The position numbers and the translations under genes are program-made. This document shows positions 1 to 8,791 of a stretch of DNA of 64,000 bases, piece after piece (the stretch's first letter is position 1; each line of letters begins with the position of its first letter). This stretch comes from Candidatus Pacearchaeota archaeon (GTDB taxonomy: Archaea; Nanobdellota; Nanobdellia; Pacearchaeales; GW2011-AR1): the NCBI GenBank assembly GCA_040879785.1, contig JBBDJR010000004.1, forward strand, positions 14,778-78,777, given 5' to 3'. Below the pieces are notes generated by a model. That model did not search any database, had not been told where the DNA came from, and was given only the letters and a program-made list of their open reading frames with translations.

Positions 1-684
1 TGTGTTAAGAGTCTTTAGCATTTCGACCATAAATCTTTCTGTCCCTCTGAGTATTTCACATCCGGAGATATCCATTATATAAGAAGAGTTTCCTGTCTGT
101 GATATTTTTGTCTGGCTGCCCTCTCTTATTAGTAGCGAGGTCGCGTTTTTGCCTTCTGTTTCATTTCCCTTAAAAATCTCCATTCCAAACACCCCCATCA
201 TTCTTCCGAGATTTTCAACTCCTACCTTAGAATAACCTCCGCACTCTCTCCCGTATGTTATGTTTAGTGCAACATTTTTCCTCAATTCGAGCTCTCCTTC
301 AAAAGGCACCACGTCATCAAAAATTTTTGGGTTGTTTCTAAAATAAAATGTATAATTTGCTTCCCCTCCTCTGTAATTTACAGGCATTTTGGTTCCGTAT
401 GTTTTTAGACAGCCTTCAGGATTGCAGAACTCTATCTCTCCAAAGTTGATTCCTTCATATTCAAATTCACTTATCTCAGTTTTATCTCTATTAATCCAGA
501 ACGAAAAAACAAGAACTCCCAATATGATAACGACGGATAATATAACAACATTTCTTACAACTTTTTCTTGCTCATATTTCTTTCCTGAACTTTTATTTGC
601 AGGCTTTTTCTCCGCTACCTTTTTGCCTGCAGTTTTATTAGAAGATTTCTTTGTCGTTTTTTTCACACTTTTCTTTTTTGCCAT
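1..684 (-). CDS. Membrane-anchored secreted protein, partial (continues past left window edge); paralog of the next gene
   Basis: Reverse strand reads open from the ATG at 684-682 to position 1 (228 codons, no stop). Not in the ORF track because the stop lies outside the window. Basic N-terminus then a TM helix (VVILSVVIILGVLVFSFWI). Shares the motif FYFRNNPKIFDDVVPFEGEL with FAFRNNPNEIPDIEPEGEL in ORF 684..1292. Its start overlaps the upstream stop (TAATG). Confidence 0.5.
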   Translation of the reverse strand, partial: MAKKKSVKKTTKKSSNKTAGKKVAEKKPANKSSGKKYEQEKVVRNVVILSVVIILGVLVFSFWINRDKTEISEFEYEGINFGEIEFCNPEGCLKTYGTKMPVNYRGGEANYTFYFRNNPKIFDDVVPFEGELELRKNVALNITYGRECGGYSKVGVENLGRMMGVFGMEIFKGNETEGKNATSLLIREGSQTKISQTGNSSYIMDISGCEILRGTERFMVEMLKTLNT

Positions 685-1292
685 TATTTTATCTCCAAAA
701 TTTTAAACAGGAATTCGTCAGTTATTTTTGAAAGCTCTGAAGTCTGTCCTTCAATAAAAACGCAACTTTCTTCCTGTCTGATTCTACTTTCTATGTCTTC
801 TTTTATTATTATAAAGTTATCGCTGCATGTTTTCGTTTGTATTCCTTCGTCACATTCAACATCTTCCATACCATCAATCCCTTCGGGACAGGCAGTAATA
901 ACTCTTTCTGCAACGCTTCCCAGATTAACACTTATCTCACTTCTCGCCTCGGGACTTTCAGAATAAATGTAAAGCGGGCTGTCTTCATAAGAGAAGATAT
1001 CTTTTAGTTCTCCTTCAGGTTCAATATCAGGGATCTCGTTTGGATTGTTCCTAAAAGCGAAACCTCCTGCAACCCAGAATCCATTATTATAAACAAATTC
1101 AACTCCATTATATGTAATTCTGTCTTGCTCCGGTCTCTGTTCCTGGTTTCCGCCTACCCCAATACCAAACTGAAAAGCAAATCCCAACACACTAAAAAGC
1201 ATGATTCCTGTTAAGAAAATACCTATTGTTGCTCGCTTTTTTCTTTCTTTCTTTTCCCTCTCGCGTTTTGAAACAAAACCCTTTACTTTCAT
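684..1292 (-). CDS. Membrane-anchored hypothetical protein (basic N-terminus, one TM, Cys-containing ectodomain)
   Basis: ORF track. K/R-rich N-terminus followed by the TM segment IGIFLTGIMLFSVLGFAF. Paralogous to the partial gene 1..684. Confidence 0.55.
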   Translation of the reverse strand: MKVKGFVSKREREKKERKKRATIGIFLTGIMLFSVLGFAFQFGIGVGGNQEQRPEQDRITYNGVEFVYNNGFWVAGGFAFRNNPNEIPDIEPEGELKDIFSYEDSPLYIYSESPEARSEISVNLGSVAERVITACPEGIDGMEDVECDEGIQTKTCSDNFIIIKEDIESRIRQEESCVFIEGQTSELSKITDEFLFKILEIK

Positions 1293-1422
1293 AAGAAATA
1301 CTATCTAACATGATTTATAAATTTTAGTTTGTTGCAAAGATATTCAAATCTCTAATAAATCTCTTGTTGGACTTTGGAAAGACAAGAATAATTATATAAA
1401 CATCTCCCGTTTTCTTTATTTA

Positions 1423-1719
1423 ATGAGATATACTCTCAAGTTTGGAAAGAGATTTGATAAAGAATTTAGTAAATTGGACAAGTCAATTTCTGAACAAATA
1501 GTCAAAAAGTTACGCAGGATAAAAGAAAATCCTGAAAGTATGGGAAAGCCTCTTTTTTATACCAAACCTGTCTTATGGGAATTTAAAGTGAAGATGTTCC
1601 GTGTATTTTACACTATAAAGAAGAATTCAGGAGAAATCTGGCTCTTATCTATAAAACACAAGAATGAAACTGATAGTTATATAAAAAAAGGTTATCTAAG
1701 GGATGTTAATGAATCTTGA
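1423..1719 (+). CDS. RelE/ParE-family toxin (mRNA interferase)
   Basis: 98 aa with the family pattern KENPESMGKPL...LWEFKV..FRVFYTI...IWLLSIKHK. No cognate antitoxin lies upstream, so it looks orphaned. Confidence 0.65.
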   Translation: MRYTLKFGKRFDKEFSKLDKSISEQIVKKLRRIKENPESMGKPLFYTKPVLWEFKVKMFRVFYTIKKNSGEIWLLSIKHKNETDSYIKKGYLRDVNES

Positions 1720-1897
1720 TATTGTGTTTTTTCTCAAATTGTTCTTCTGTTAAGTAATTTCCTGCTTCAATGTCTTTATGTTCTTTATACAGCTCCAGTA
1801 TTAAGTCTTCGTTCACTAAGGCAGCAAGACTCTCAACTACTCTTTTGAGACTCTCTAACTCATTTCTTAGTTCCATTATTTCTTTGGATTGCTCCAT
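1706..1897 (-). CDS. Small coiled-coil hypothetical protein
   Basis: 63-aa ORF convergent with and overlapping the RelE 3' end by 14 nt. No recognisable domain. Confidence 0.3.
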   Translation of the reverse strand: MEQSKEIMELRNELESLKRVVESLAALVNEDLILELYKEHKDIEAGNYLTEEQFEKKHNIKIH

Positions 1898-1980
1898 ATT
1901 GAATATATCACCTGATTATATTTAAGCCTTTTGGTGTTATAAATATCCACGAGAACTCCTGCCAGAAGTTAAAATTGCTA

Positions 1981-2334
1981 TCAATCTAGATCAAGACTTA
2001 TCTTTAATGCAGCCTCAATTTTTTTCATATTATTATGATCCAAAGAAGAAATTTTTTTAAGAATTCGTGATTTATCAATAGTCCTAATTTGATTTAATAA
2101 GATTGTTGAATTTTTATCAAGATTAGAAATTTCCTTTTCCAAGAAAACATTTGTAGGGTATTCTTTTTTGTAAATCTTTGAAGTTATTGCTGCGATGATT
2201 GCCACAGGAGAATATTCGTTGTACAAGTCATTTTGGATTATTAGAGCAGGCCTAATTCCTCCTTGCTCACTCCCAACAACAGGTTCCATATTTGTAAGCA
2301 CTATATCCCCTCTTTTTATTTTTACCATCTCCAT
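1981..2334 (-). CDS. mazF: MazF/PemK-family toxin endoribonuclease
   Basis: Carries the PemK/MazF signature: KRGDIVL..EPVVGSEQGGIRPALIIQND, AIIAAITSK, LLNQIRTIDKSRI. Confidence 0.75.
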   Translation of the reverse strand: MEMVKIKRGDIVLTNMEPVVGSEQGGIRPALIIQNDLYNEYSPVAIIAAITSKIYKKEYPTNVFLEKEISNLDKNSTILLNQIRTIDKSRILKKISSLDHNNMKKIEAALKISLDLD

Positions 2335-2552
2335 TTATTCAAATCTTCTATAGATTCAAACTCTCTTGTTATCTTGAGATTCCCTTCAGCCATTTCTTTT
2401 GCACCCTCAATCATTAACTCTTTTCTCTCCATTTCTTTTTTTTCAACCTGGTTTAGCATTTTAATTATTATGCTTTCGTAAGTTTCTTTACCTATTTTCA
2501 ATCTATCAAGAGCCTTTTTTACATCCTCGTTAAGCTGTATACTTGTTACCAT
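2322..2552 (-). CDS. Antitoxin, RHH/CopG-like, partner of MazF
   Basis: 76 aa, overlaps the mazF start by 13 nt. N-terminal IQLNEDVKKALDRLKIGKETYESIII resembles a ribbon-helix-helix. Confidence 0.55.
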   Translation of the reverse strand: MVTSIQLNEDVKKALDRLKIGKETYESIIIKMLNQVEKKEMERKELMIEGAKEMAEGNLKITREFESIEDLNKWRW

Positions 2553-2615
2553 AATTCTATAGTGGGGCTATAGTATTTAAAACTTTCTCAAGATACCATC
2601 TCTCACGAAGCTCCC

Positions 2616-2699
2616 GCTAGATGTTAAAAAAATAAATCAAAATCAAAGATTTTTCAAGATTTCTTTAACACAGCACCAGCTAGATGTTAAAAAAATAAA
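2616..2699. repeat. Two perfect 21-bp direct repeats (GCTAGATGTTAAAAAAATAAA) 63 bp apart, in the mazEF promoter / S-layer gene terminator region
   Basis: Seen directly at 2616-2636 and 2679-2699. On the minus strand they read TTTATTTTTTTAACATCTAGC, i.e. TATA-like plus a putative operator. Confidence 0.5.
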
Positions 2700-2726
2700 G
2701 AAAAAGAAAAAAATAAAAAATTGGGT

Positions 2727-5135
2727 TTATTCAACTAGTGTCGCTGTTGCAGCACTTCCTTGTTCGTAAACTACCTTCTCACCAACAGATGTATCGATGC
2801 TTCCGTCTGGTCTGTTCATTAGAAGATTAACTGCATTTGTAGTGTCTTCTCTCTCATAACCAGCTACAAGCAATGCGATCTTTCCTGATTGTCCACCTGC
2901 GTCCGCAGCGTCAAAACTCTCAATTAAGAATTCTCCAGAACCAACTCCTGTTGCATCTGTCCAGTCACTTCCACAGTGTGCTCCACCTACAAGGCTAGCA
3001 GCTACTGAGTTAATACAGCTTCCACCAACAACGATAAGGTTTTTGTTCATGTCTTCAGAAGTTATTACATTATCTGCAAAAACAACATTCTCGTCAAGCT
3101 CACCGTTTTCTTCGACAGTATCTGTTGAAGACACGAAGATTCTACCAAAAGATTCTTCGCCGTGGTAAGTTACAGTAGCTGTCTTCTCATCTCCGCTCGT
3201 GTCCCAATCAATTTTTGAGGCAAGTTCAGATTCAACATAACCAACATAGTCATCTGTAGACTGGATTCTCTTAGTTGGATCTGAAAATGTTGTTCCAGTA
3301 GATGTACCGTTTACTCCAACCGCATTAACATGGATTGTTTCATCACTAGCATCTCTTGGTTCAAGAGTTAATCTTATCTGTCCTCCAGCTGCAAGCGACT
3401 GATCTTTGTCTTGCTCATCCATGAACAAGTACCAGCTTTCATTGTTGTGTCCTGTTTGCCCGACACTTGTTGCATTAATTGGATGGAAAGCACCTTTTTC
3501 AGTGGTCTGATTGTTTGCAGTCTCATAAGGCAAGTAAATCTTCAAGCCATCAGCAGTGTAAATGTTCCTCATAACTCCTGCATCTGTACTTGCAAGGTTA
3601 GTTATAGTAAGGTTAAAGTCACTAGAACTTACTCTTGCATCTACATCAACCTGAATCTCTATATCTCCAGCAACAATTGTGCTTCCGTCTGATACTTTAT
3701 ATGTTGTACCAGAACCTAATGAAGTAATGCTTGTTTCGTTATCCGAATTAACGGATGAAACTCTGAACACTTCCGAATACGCATCAGTTGAGCCTTCCCA
3801 TGAAGCAACAAACCACTCGTGATTCTGGCTCGCATTAAATGCAACAGAACTACTATTAGAAGTTACAAGTAACTTGTCATCAGATTCACCAATTCCTTTT
3901 ATGGCTGCAGTACTCTCATTGTGATATAACAATGGAAGAGTCACACTGCCTCCTTTCAAGGGAGCAGTTAGAGTAATATGTGAACCAGAATCCTCAATTC
4001 GTGTCACTTCTTCTGAAGGTGTATGGAATTCTGTCATTGAAAGCTTGAAAGTCTCAAATCCTGGAAGAACCATCTCATGGTCAGGGGTTACCCAAGCTCT
4101 ATCACTTGTTTCCCACTGAAGCTTAACACCTGAAAACTCTCCAGATGAATTTATACTTCCTGAAACAACAGTAAGTCCTTCAACAGTATCTCCATTCAAT
4201 TCAACTTCAGCTCCTTCTTCCAAAACAAGTTCTCCAGTACCAATGCTGAAATCAACAAACGCGTTAGGGTCGTCTGCGAATGCAGGCTCGTTAAATTCTT
4301 TAACACCTACATGAGTCCCATCACCTAAATCATAAGTATCTCCTGATCCAAGCCTTCCAGTAGTATCTCCGTCAACAGTTAGCTTAGCACCATCACTCGT
4401 TATAGAGTGTATGATTACATCGTAAGAAGTTCCATCAACAGTAAGTGTTATGGTTTCTCCAGGCGTAAGGCTTCCTTCAGTAGCTGAATCAAGCAATGTA
4501 ATCTTGTTACCGCTACCCGCACTTGTAGAACTCTCTATGCTTGAGATGAAGTACTCTTGTCCGAAAAGCTCAATGTTTGTTGTATCAAGCTTAGCAGCCG
4601 TAAAATCAGGCTTTGTCTGAAACTCCATAGTGTAGTTAAGAACTTCTGTTCCTGAGGAAGTCAATGAGATTCCTATTGTAGGAACGTCGTCCAAATCACT
4701 ATCCCTGAAGTGAGTTAGCTTAAGATTAGTGCTAAACTCAATCTTCTGTGTGAAGTCGAAGTCTTTATTGTCATCGTCTCTGAAAGTTCCATCACCTAAA
4801 AGATTTTCCAATTGAGCCTTTCTCAGAGTATCACGAACTCCGTTCGCATTGTCTCCAAGATTGAACTTATTTCCTGTTCTTTCAATCTCAAAATTTTCAC
4901 TTCCGACACCAGCAGCAGTGCCTGTTGCCAAAGCCAAAAGATCGTTAGCGACCTTTGTAGCTCCTGCCTCGTCTGTTGCAGAAACTCCTGTTCCTGAACC
5001 GTGAACAACCGCAAAGTCAGCTACTCCGTCTTCAACGAATGGAGCCGGATAGTTCTGAGCACCTACTCCTGCAGTCAAACCAAGAGTCATAAGACCCATA
5101 GCTACAGCAGCAATTTGCTTAAATTTATATTTCAT
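2727..5135 (-). CDS. Large secreted surface (S-layer-like) glycoprotein
   Basis: 802 aa. Signal peptide MKYKFKQIAAVAMGLMTLGLTAGVGAQ resembles archaeal S-layer protein leaders. T/S/G/D-rich, many N-x-S/T sequons. An oligo-T terminator follows the stop. Confidence 0.65.
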   Translation of the reverse strand: MKYKFKQIAAVAMGLMTLGLTAGVGAQNYPAPFVEDGVADFAVVHGSGTGVSATDEAGATKVANDLLALATGTAAGVGSENFEIERTGNKFNLGDNANGVRDTLRKAQLENLLGDGTFRDDDNKDFDFTQKIEFSTNLKLTHFRDSDLDDVPTIGISLTSSGTEVLNYTMEFQTKPDFTAAKLDTTNIELFGQEYFISSIESSTSAGSGNKITLLDSATEGSLTPGETITLTVDGTSYDVIIHSITSDGAKLTVDGDTTGRLGSGDTYDLGDGTHVGVKEFNEPAFADDPNAFVDFSIGTGELVLEEGAEVELNGDTVEGLTVVSGSINSSGEFSGVKLQWETSDRAWVTPDHEMVLPGFETFKLSMTEFHTPSEEVTRIEDSGSHITLTAPLKGGSVTLPLLYHNESTAAIKGIGESDDKLLVTSNSSSVAFNASQNHEWFVASWEGSTDAYSEVFRVSSVNSDNETSITSLGSGTTYKVSDGSTIVAGDIEIQVDVDARVSSSDFNLTITNLASTDAGVMRNIYTADGLKIYLPYETANNQTTEKGAFHPINATSVGQTGHNNESWYLFMDEQDKDQSLAAGGQIRLTLEPRDASDETIHVNAVGVNGTSTGTTFSDPTKRIQSTDDYVGYVESELASKIDWDTSGDEKTATVTYHGEESFGRIFVSSTDTVEENGELDENVVFADNVITSEDMNKNLIVVGGSCINSVAASLVGGAHCGSDWTDATGVGSGEFLIESFDAADAGGQSGKIALLVAGYEREDTTNAVNLLMNRPDGSIDTSVGEKVVYEQGSAATATLVE

Positions 5136-5138
5136 ATA

Positions 5139-5552
5139 TTATTTATTAAACCTCCTTTCAGCTCTATCAAAGAACTGCCTAAGGCAATTTTCACTATCTG
5201 TATGACCATAGGGTAGAGTCATCAGACTTAGTGAATGTGAAAGACCAGAATTAAGGCCCGTTTGATTTGATTGCTCTGGGCTCTGCCCAAGCAAATGATT
5301 TGAAGAGATATTTAGTGTATTAATCTGATTTACGGAAAGTCTTGTAGTGCCTAAATTGTTAGAGATATCTAATTTTGTAGTGTCTAAATCACTTAGACTA
5401 AATTTATTCATTAGGTCTATGGTAGAGTTTCCAGAACTCATATTAGGAACTTTCCCAAAATTCGCTCCGTCCAATCCAGTTTTTTTCATTTTATTGATAT
5501 GCATCGAATTTTTTACTCCTTCGTTTGGTCGTTTTTCGAACCAACACCCCAT
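5139..5552 (-). CDS. Doubtful ORF in the leader region upstream of the surface-protein gene
   Basis: 137-aa low-complexity (S/N/L-rich) product. The DNA contains short repeats (TTGTAGTGYCTAAAT twice). More likely 5' leader or regulatory DNA than a gene. Confidence 0.15.
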   Translation of the reverse strand: MGCWFEKRPNEGVKNSMHINKMKKTGLDGANFGKVPNMSSGNSTIDLMNKFSLSDLDTTKLDISNNLGTTRLSVNQINTLNISSNHLLGQSPEQSNQTGLNSGLSHSLSLMTLPYGHTDSENCLRQFFDRAERRFNK

Positions 5553-5589
5553 ATCTATCTTCTTGGATGTTTTTCTTATCCCCTATTAG

Positions 5590-5984
5590 AACGCCCCTTA
5601 TCTTTCCTCTACCTCAAGGCGTATTAGTCAAAATGCGTTTTCCTTTAAAAAGCTTACTGTTCAATACCTTAAAATATCCCAAAAAACCCTATTTTTAAGG
5701 TTTTATTTATAAAGCTTTTGGTATCACTAATATATAAACACATATCTCCAATTTTGGCAAAACGAAAGATTTATTAATATGTACCACTTATGTTGTAATA
5801 TATTATTAGTATAACCATATAACTACAATATATATAATAAAGATATCTATTAGAAGAAAACATATAATAATATAATATCCTTTAATATGAGATTAAGAAG
5901 TTATAAAAGCAATTAAAAAACCCAAAAAACCAAACAAACACCTAAACAGTTAACTAAACGCCCAACACAATTTAAAGACAAAAT
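5590..5984. promoter_or_regulatory. AT-rich divergent promoter region (surface-protein gene on minus, regulator on plus)
   Basis: About 400 bp of very AT-rich non-coding DNA with TATA-like TTTATAAA (~5707) and ATATATAATAAAG elements. Confidence 0.3.
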
Positions 5985-6338
5985 ATGGCAACAACAAAAA
6001 CAAGAGAAATAACAATATCTGAATCAAAAGGAGCATTCTATCTATTCAAAAAAGCAGGATTCTCCAAAAAAGACTATGATTTTGAGGGTTTGACGGCTCT
6101 GAGAAGGATACTGAGCAACGAAAGGGCCAGAATTCTCCATTCAATAAAGAACCAGGAACCCACCTCAATCTACGATTTAGCCAAAAAATTAGGCAGAAAC
6201 TTCAAATCTGTAAGTGATGACATAAAACTCCTTGAAAGATTCGGCTTCATAGAGTTAATAGAGGAAAAAACAAAGAAAAGAACGAGGCACAAGCCGGTAA
6301 TCTCAGCAGACACAATCACAATTAATATCAAAATTTAA
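5985..6338 (+). CDS. Winged-helix DNA-binding transcriptional regulator
   Basis: 117 aa. HTH segment LSNERARILHSIKNQEPTSIYDLAKKLGRNFKSVSDDIKLLERFGFIEL. Confidence 0.55.
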   Translation: MATTKTREITISESKGAFYLFKKAGFSKKDYDFEGLTALRRILSNERARILHSIKNQEPTSIYDLAKKLGRNFKSVSDDIKLLERFGFIELIEEKTKKRTRHKPVISADTITINIKI

Positions 6339-6414
6339 TCTGATTAGAAGATTAAATCTGTAAACCTGAAAAATCAATTTTAAAAGGTAGGTTTAATCAG
6401 GTCCTGATTCTATT

Positions 6415-6651
6415 CTAAGAAGTTATGCGAACGTTGTCGGGAAGAGAAATCTTAACACTTTTCATCCAATCTTCCTTCCTCTTAATTAAATTAAATATTT
6501 TATATCCTGTAAGCTCGTTTGTTTTTTTGTTTCGCCCTTCAAACAAATCCTCATCTACCTCGTTATAATAAGAGGGTGCAGAATCTCCTATAAAAATCTC
6601 TAAAAGATCTGTTTCAGGATTATAGTTTATTTCTATTTTATTAGAGGTCAT
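6415..6651 (-). CDS. DUF2283-family protein (antitoxin-like)
   Basis: IEINYNPETDLLEIFIGD...DEDLFEGRNKKTNELTGYKIFNL matches the DUF2283 pattern ('YD.E.D.LYI ... G.IVGIEI'). Paralog of 60651..60911. Confidence 0.6.
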   Translation of the reverse strand: MTSNKIEINYNPETDLLEIFIGDSAPSYYNEVDEDLFEGRNKKTNELTGYKIFNLIKRKEDWMKSVKISLPDNVRITS

Positions 6652-6654
6652 TTT

Positions 6655-6810
6655 TTATTTATATGTTGGGTGTAAAACACAGTTATTACAAAGCCGTCTC
6701 CGTTTAAATATTTTAGCAGCTATATCTGGGTACTTGACGGTTATATGATTCCACTGCTTACTAGTCAACCTTATTTTCCTCCCTGTATTATCCACAACCT
6801 CAAAATATTT
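6655..6810 (-). pseudogene. Frameshifted/truncated remnant of the DUF4258-like partner gene
   Basis: Minus-strand reading gives MTNILRLWIIQGGK*, then a +2 shift to LTSKQWNHITVKYPDIAAKIFKRRRLCNNCVLHPTYK*. This aligns with the first ~40 aa of the intact protein at 60377 (LTKERWRHVT ... NPYKI) and then stops early. Confidence 0.35.
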
Positions 6811-6821
6811 GTCATTTTATT

Positions 6822-7328
6822 CTAAGCATAATAAGCCCTAAAATTAATCCTTATCTTTATTCTTTCCCTTCCTCTAACAAAATCCTGAGAAGCCTCTCTA
6901 TAATTTGAGGTCCGATTCCCCTCCGAAAGAGAAAGAATATCACTTCCTCCATCCGAAGTTATGTTAAGCTCATACCCTCTCACAGGCCGATTACCTTCAA
7001 ACGGCCATCCCCGCCCCACAATATTTGTAAGAGTATCTTCTAAAACATCGCAAGAAAAATCCCCATCAACACATGTTTGCCTATTACTACACTCAAAAAT
7101 CAAATCCTGAACGTCATGATATCTCCCTCCGGGTCCGCTACACTCTGTTGTGACATGTAAAGACGACTGTAAAAAGCTATTCGCTTCAAAACTCTCAACG
7201 CCTTCATCATTCCCTCCTCTTATATAGAAACTAAGCAAAAACAAAAGGATTATAGCCACAATTATTATAATCACTGCAAATCCCACAATTTCTTCCTGCC
7301 CGCGTTTATTTTTAATCACCATTTTCAT
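6822..7328 (-). CDS. Prepilin-like protein (archaeal class III signal peptide)
   Basis: N-terminus MKMVIKNKRGQ|EEIVGFAVIIIIVAIILLFLL: K/R-G-Q followed by a hydrophobic helix, typical of archaeal type IV pilin precursors. Confidence 0.55.
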   Translation of the reverse strand: MKMVIKNKRGQEEIVGFAVIIIIVAIILLFLLSFYIRGGNDEGVESFEANSFLQSSLHVTTECSGPGGRYHDVQDLIFECSNRQTCVDGDFSCDVLEDTLTNIVGRGWPFEGNRPVRGYELNITSDGGSDILSLSEGNRTSNYREASQDFVRGRERIKIRINFRAYYA

Positions 7329-7802
7329 TTAACCCCCATGATACACAATCAACCTCGCCAAATCGCAATCTTCCTGTATCAATCCGTTTATATTTTCATA
7401 TCTACATAAGGCGACGAAGTTCGAAACCCCGACTCCTGAACCCCCTCCATCCAGAATTGTAATCTCTCTGCTTCCAGGATAAATTTCTTTTATCTCTATT
7501 CCATCAACTCCCCAAAAACCAGAGTACTTGCCCGAAACCCCTTGAAGAGCAATAACCTTATCTGCGTCAACACAACTTAACTTTGTTCCCCCGAAAGCAC
7601 TTCCACAAGAAAACTCAGGAGAATTTGCAAGCTTTGAAACAAGAGTCAGAGCATCTCTCTCTTCAATATCTTCCGCAGACTGCCTCAAGTCAGAGAAGAA
7701 AATCATCAAAATAAACATCCCTACAATAGCAAAAAACAGAGTCACGGCTAAAAGCATGAACGCCATCTGCTGTATCTTCATCTGCCCTTTTTTATCTACC
7801 AT
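7329..7802 (-). CDS. Prepilin-like protein (class III signal peptide)
   Basis: MVDKKGQ|MKIQQMAFMLLAVTLFFAIVGMFILMIFF. Abuts the neighbouring genes with no gap. Confidence 0.55.
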   Translation of the reverse strand: MVDKKGQMKIQQMAFMLLAVTLFFAIVGMFILMIFFSDLRQSAEDIEERDALTLVSKLANSPEFSCGSAFGGTKLSCVDADKVIALQGVSGKYSGFWGVDGIEIKEIYPGSREITILDGGGSGVGVSNFVALCRYENINGLIQEDCDLARLIVYHGG

Positions 7803-8791
7803 AGCTTACACCTCGCTCCGCTGTTTTCATCATCTACATTTCTTACAAGAGCTTTAATATTAAGAAGATCCTTTGAAGTTTGAACTTCTCTAAACGCATT
7901 CCTCAACTGAAGAATATCATTATTCGAAGTACACCCTTGAGACGAGAGAAAACTTTCTTTTTGATTATAAATTGTAGAGAGTTCGTCGGCCCTTTTCATA
8001 AGCCTCTCAACCTGACACTCATAAATACTCGGTTCAGAAAAAATAGCAGCATACATCAAAGCATCTTCCGCAAAGTACATTGTTCCACTATCTTTCTGAA
8101 CTTCGCTTCTACCATAACGAACATTAACATCGCAATTAACTTCCGAAGAACCGCCAAAACACACATTTATGCTTTCTGCAGGACATTCTTCATCTCCGGT
8201 ATCTCCACCCTCGATAAATACGTTCCAGTTTTCATTTCCCTTTTTCAGGTCACTTAATTCTTTTCTAATATCTTCTTCCGCATCTCCATCAAAACCAGAG
8301 AAACAATAATTCTCGTCGGCAGAAGTCATATAGATAACATCGGAAATTTTGAAAGGAAAATTAAACGGCTTTGAAAAAAGAAAGAAATTCCTTCCTTCAA
8401 CATCTCCCTCTGAAAAAATATATTTATTCTCAAACCTAGAGCTAAGATTGGTCTCGCTCCAGCTTCCACGGGTTTTCTGTGAGACTCTTACTCTTTGCTC
8501 TCCGAATGTTCCTGATGAAGAACACCTGTTATGAATTATTGTTTCAAGAGGCATAGTCAAAAAATTAACCTGCCCGGACTCAAACCCTGTCTCTAATGGA
8601 TTCAACAAAACGCCAATCTCTGCCCCAGCTCTCGCATCCGAGACATCGTTGCTCGTATCAACAATCTGCGCAACCCCATATATCGCAAGGAAAAGTATAA
8701 ACCCTCCTGCAATTATCGCAAAAAGCCAGGCAAACGACATCTGAAATCCGTGATTATTTCTCATCTTCTGCCCCCAGATTTTTCTTTGCAA
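7796..8791 (-). CDS. Pilin-like secreted protein (atypical signal)
   Basis: N-terminus MRNNHGFQMSFAWLFAIIAGGFILFLAIYG. Overlaps the downstream gene by 7 nt. Confidence 0.4.
   Translation of the reverse strand: MQRKIWGQKMRNNHGFQMSFAWLFAIIAGGFILFLAIYGVAQIVDTSNDVSDARAGAEIGVLLNPLETGFESGQVNFLTMPLETIIHNRCSSSGTFGEQRVRVSQKTRGSWSETNLSSRFENKYIFSEGDVEGRNFFLFSKPFNFPFKISDVIYMTSADENYCFSGFDGDAEEDIRKELSDLKKGNENWNVFIEGGDTGDEECPAESINVCFGGSSEVNCDVNVRYGRSEVQKDSGTMYFAEDALMYAAIFSEPSIYECQVERLMKRADELSTIYNQKESFLSSQGCTSNNDILQLRNAFREVQTSKDLLNIKALVRNVDDENSGARCKLW

Noticed and set aside
389-706. Plus-strand 105-aa ORF
   Set aside because: It is antisense to a longer open reading frame (1..684, minus) that has a clear paralog. 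Its composition is F/L/S-rich, typical of antisense translation of a K/E-rich gene.
2616-2699. CRISPR array
   Set aside because: Only two repeat copies, 21 bp, A-rich, no further units. Better read as promoter or operator duplicates. No cas genes in the window.
3411-5014. Short ORFs antisense or overlapping within the S-layer-like gene (3411..3692, 4812..4997, 4823..5014)
   Set aside because: They are embedded in a long, well-supported coding frame, with low-complexity products.
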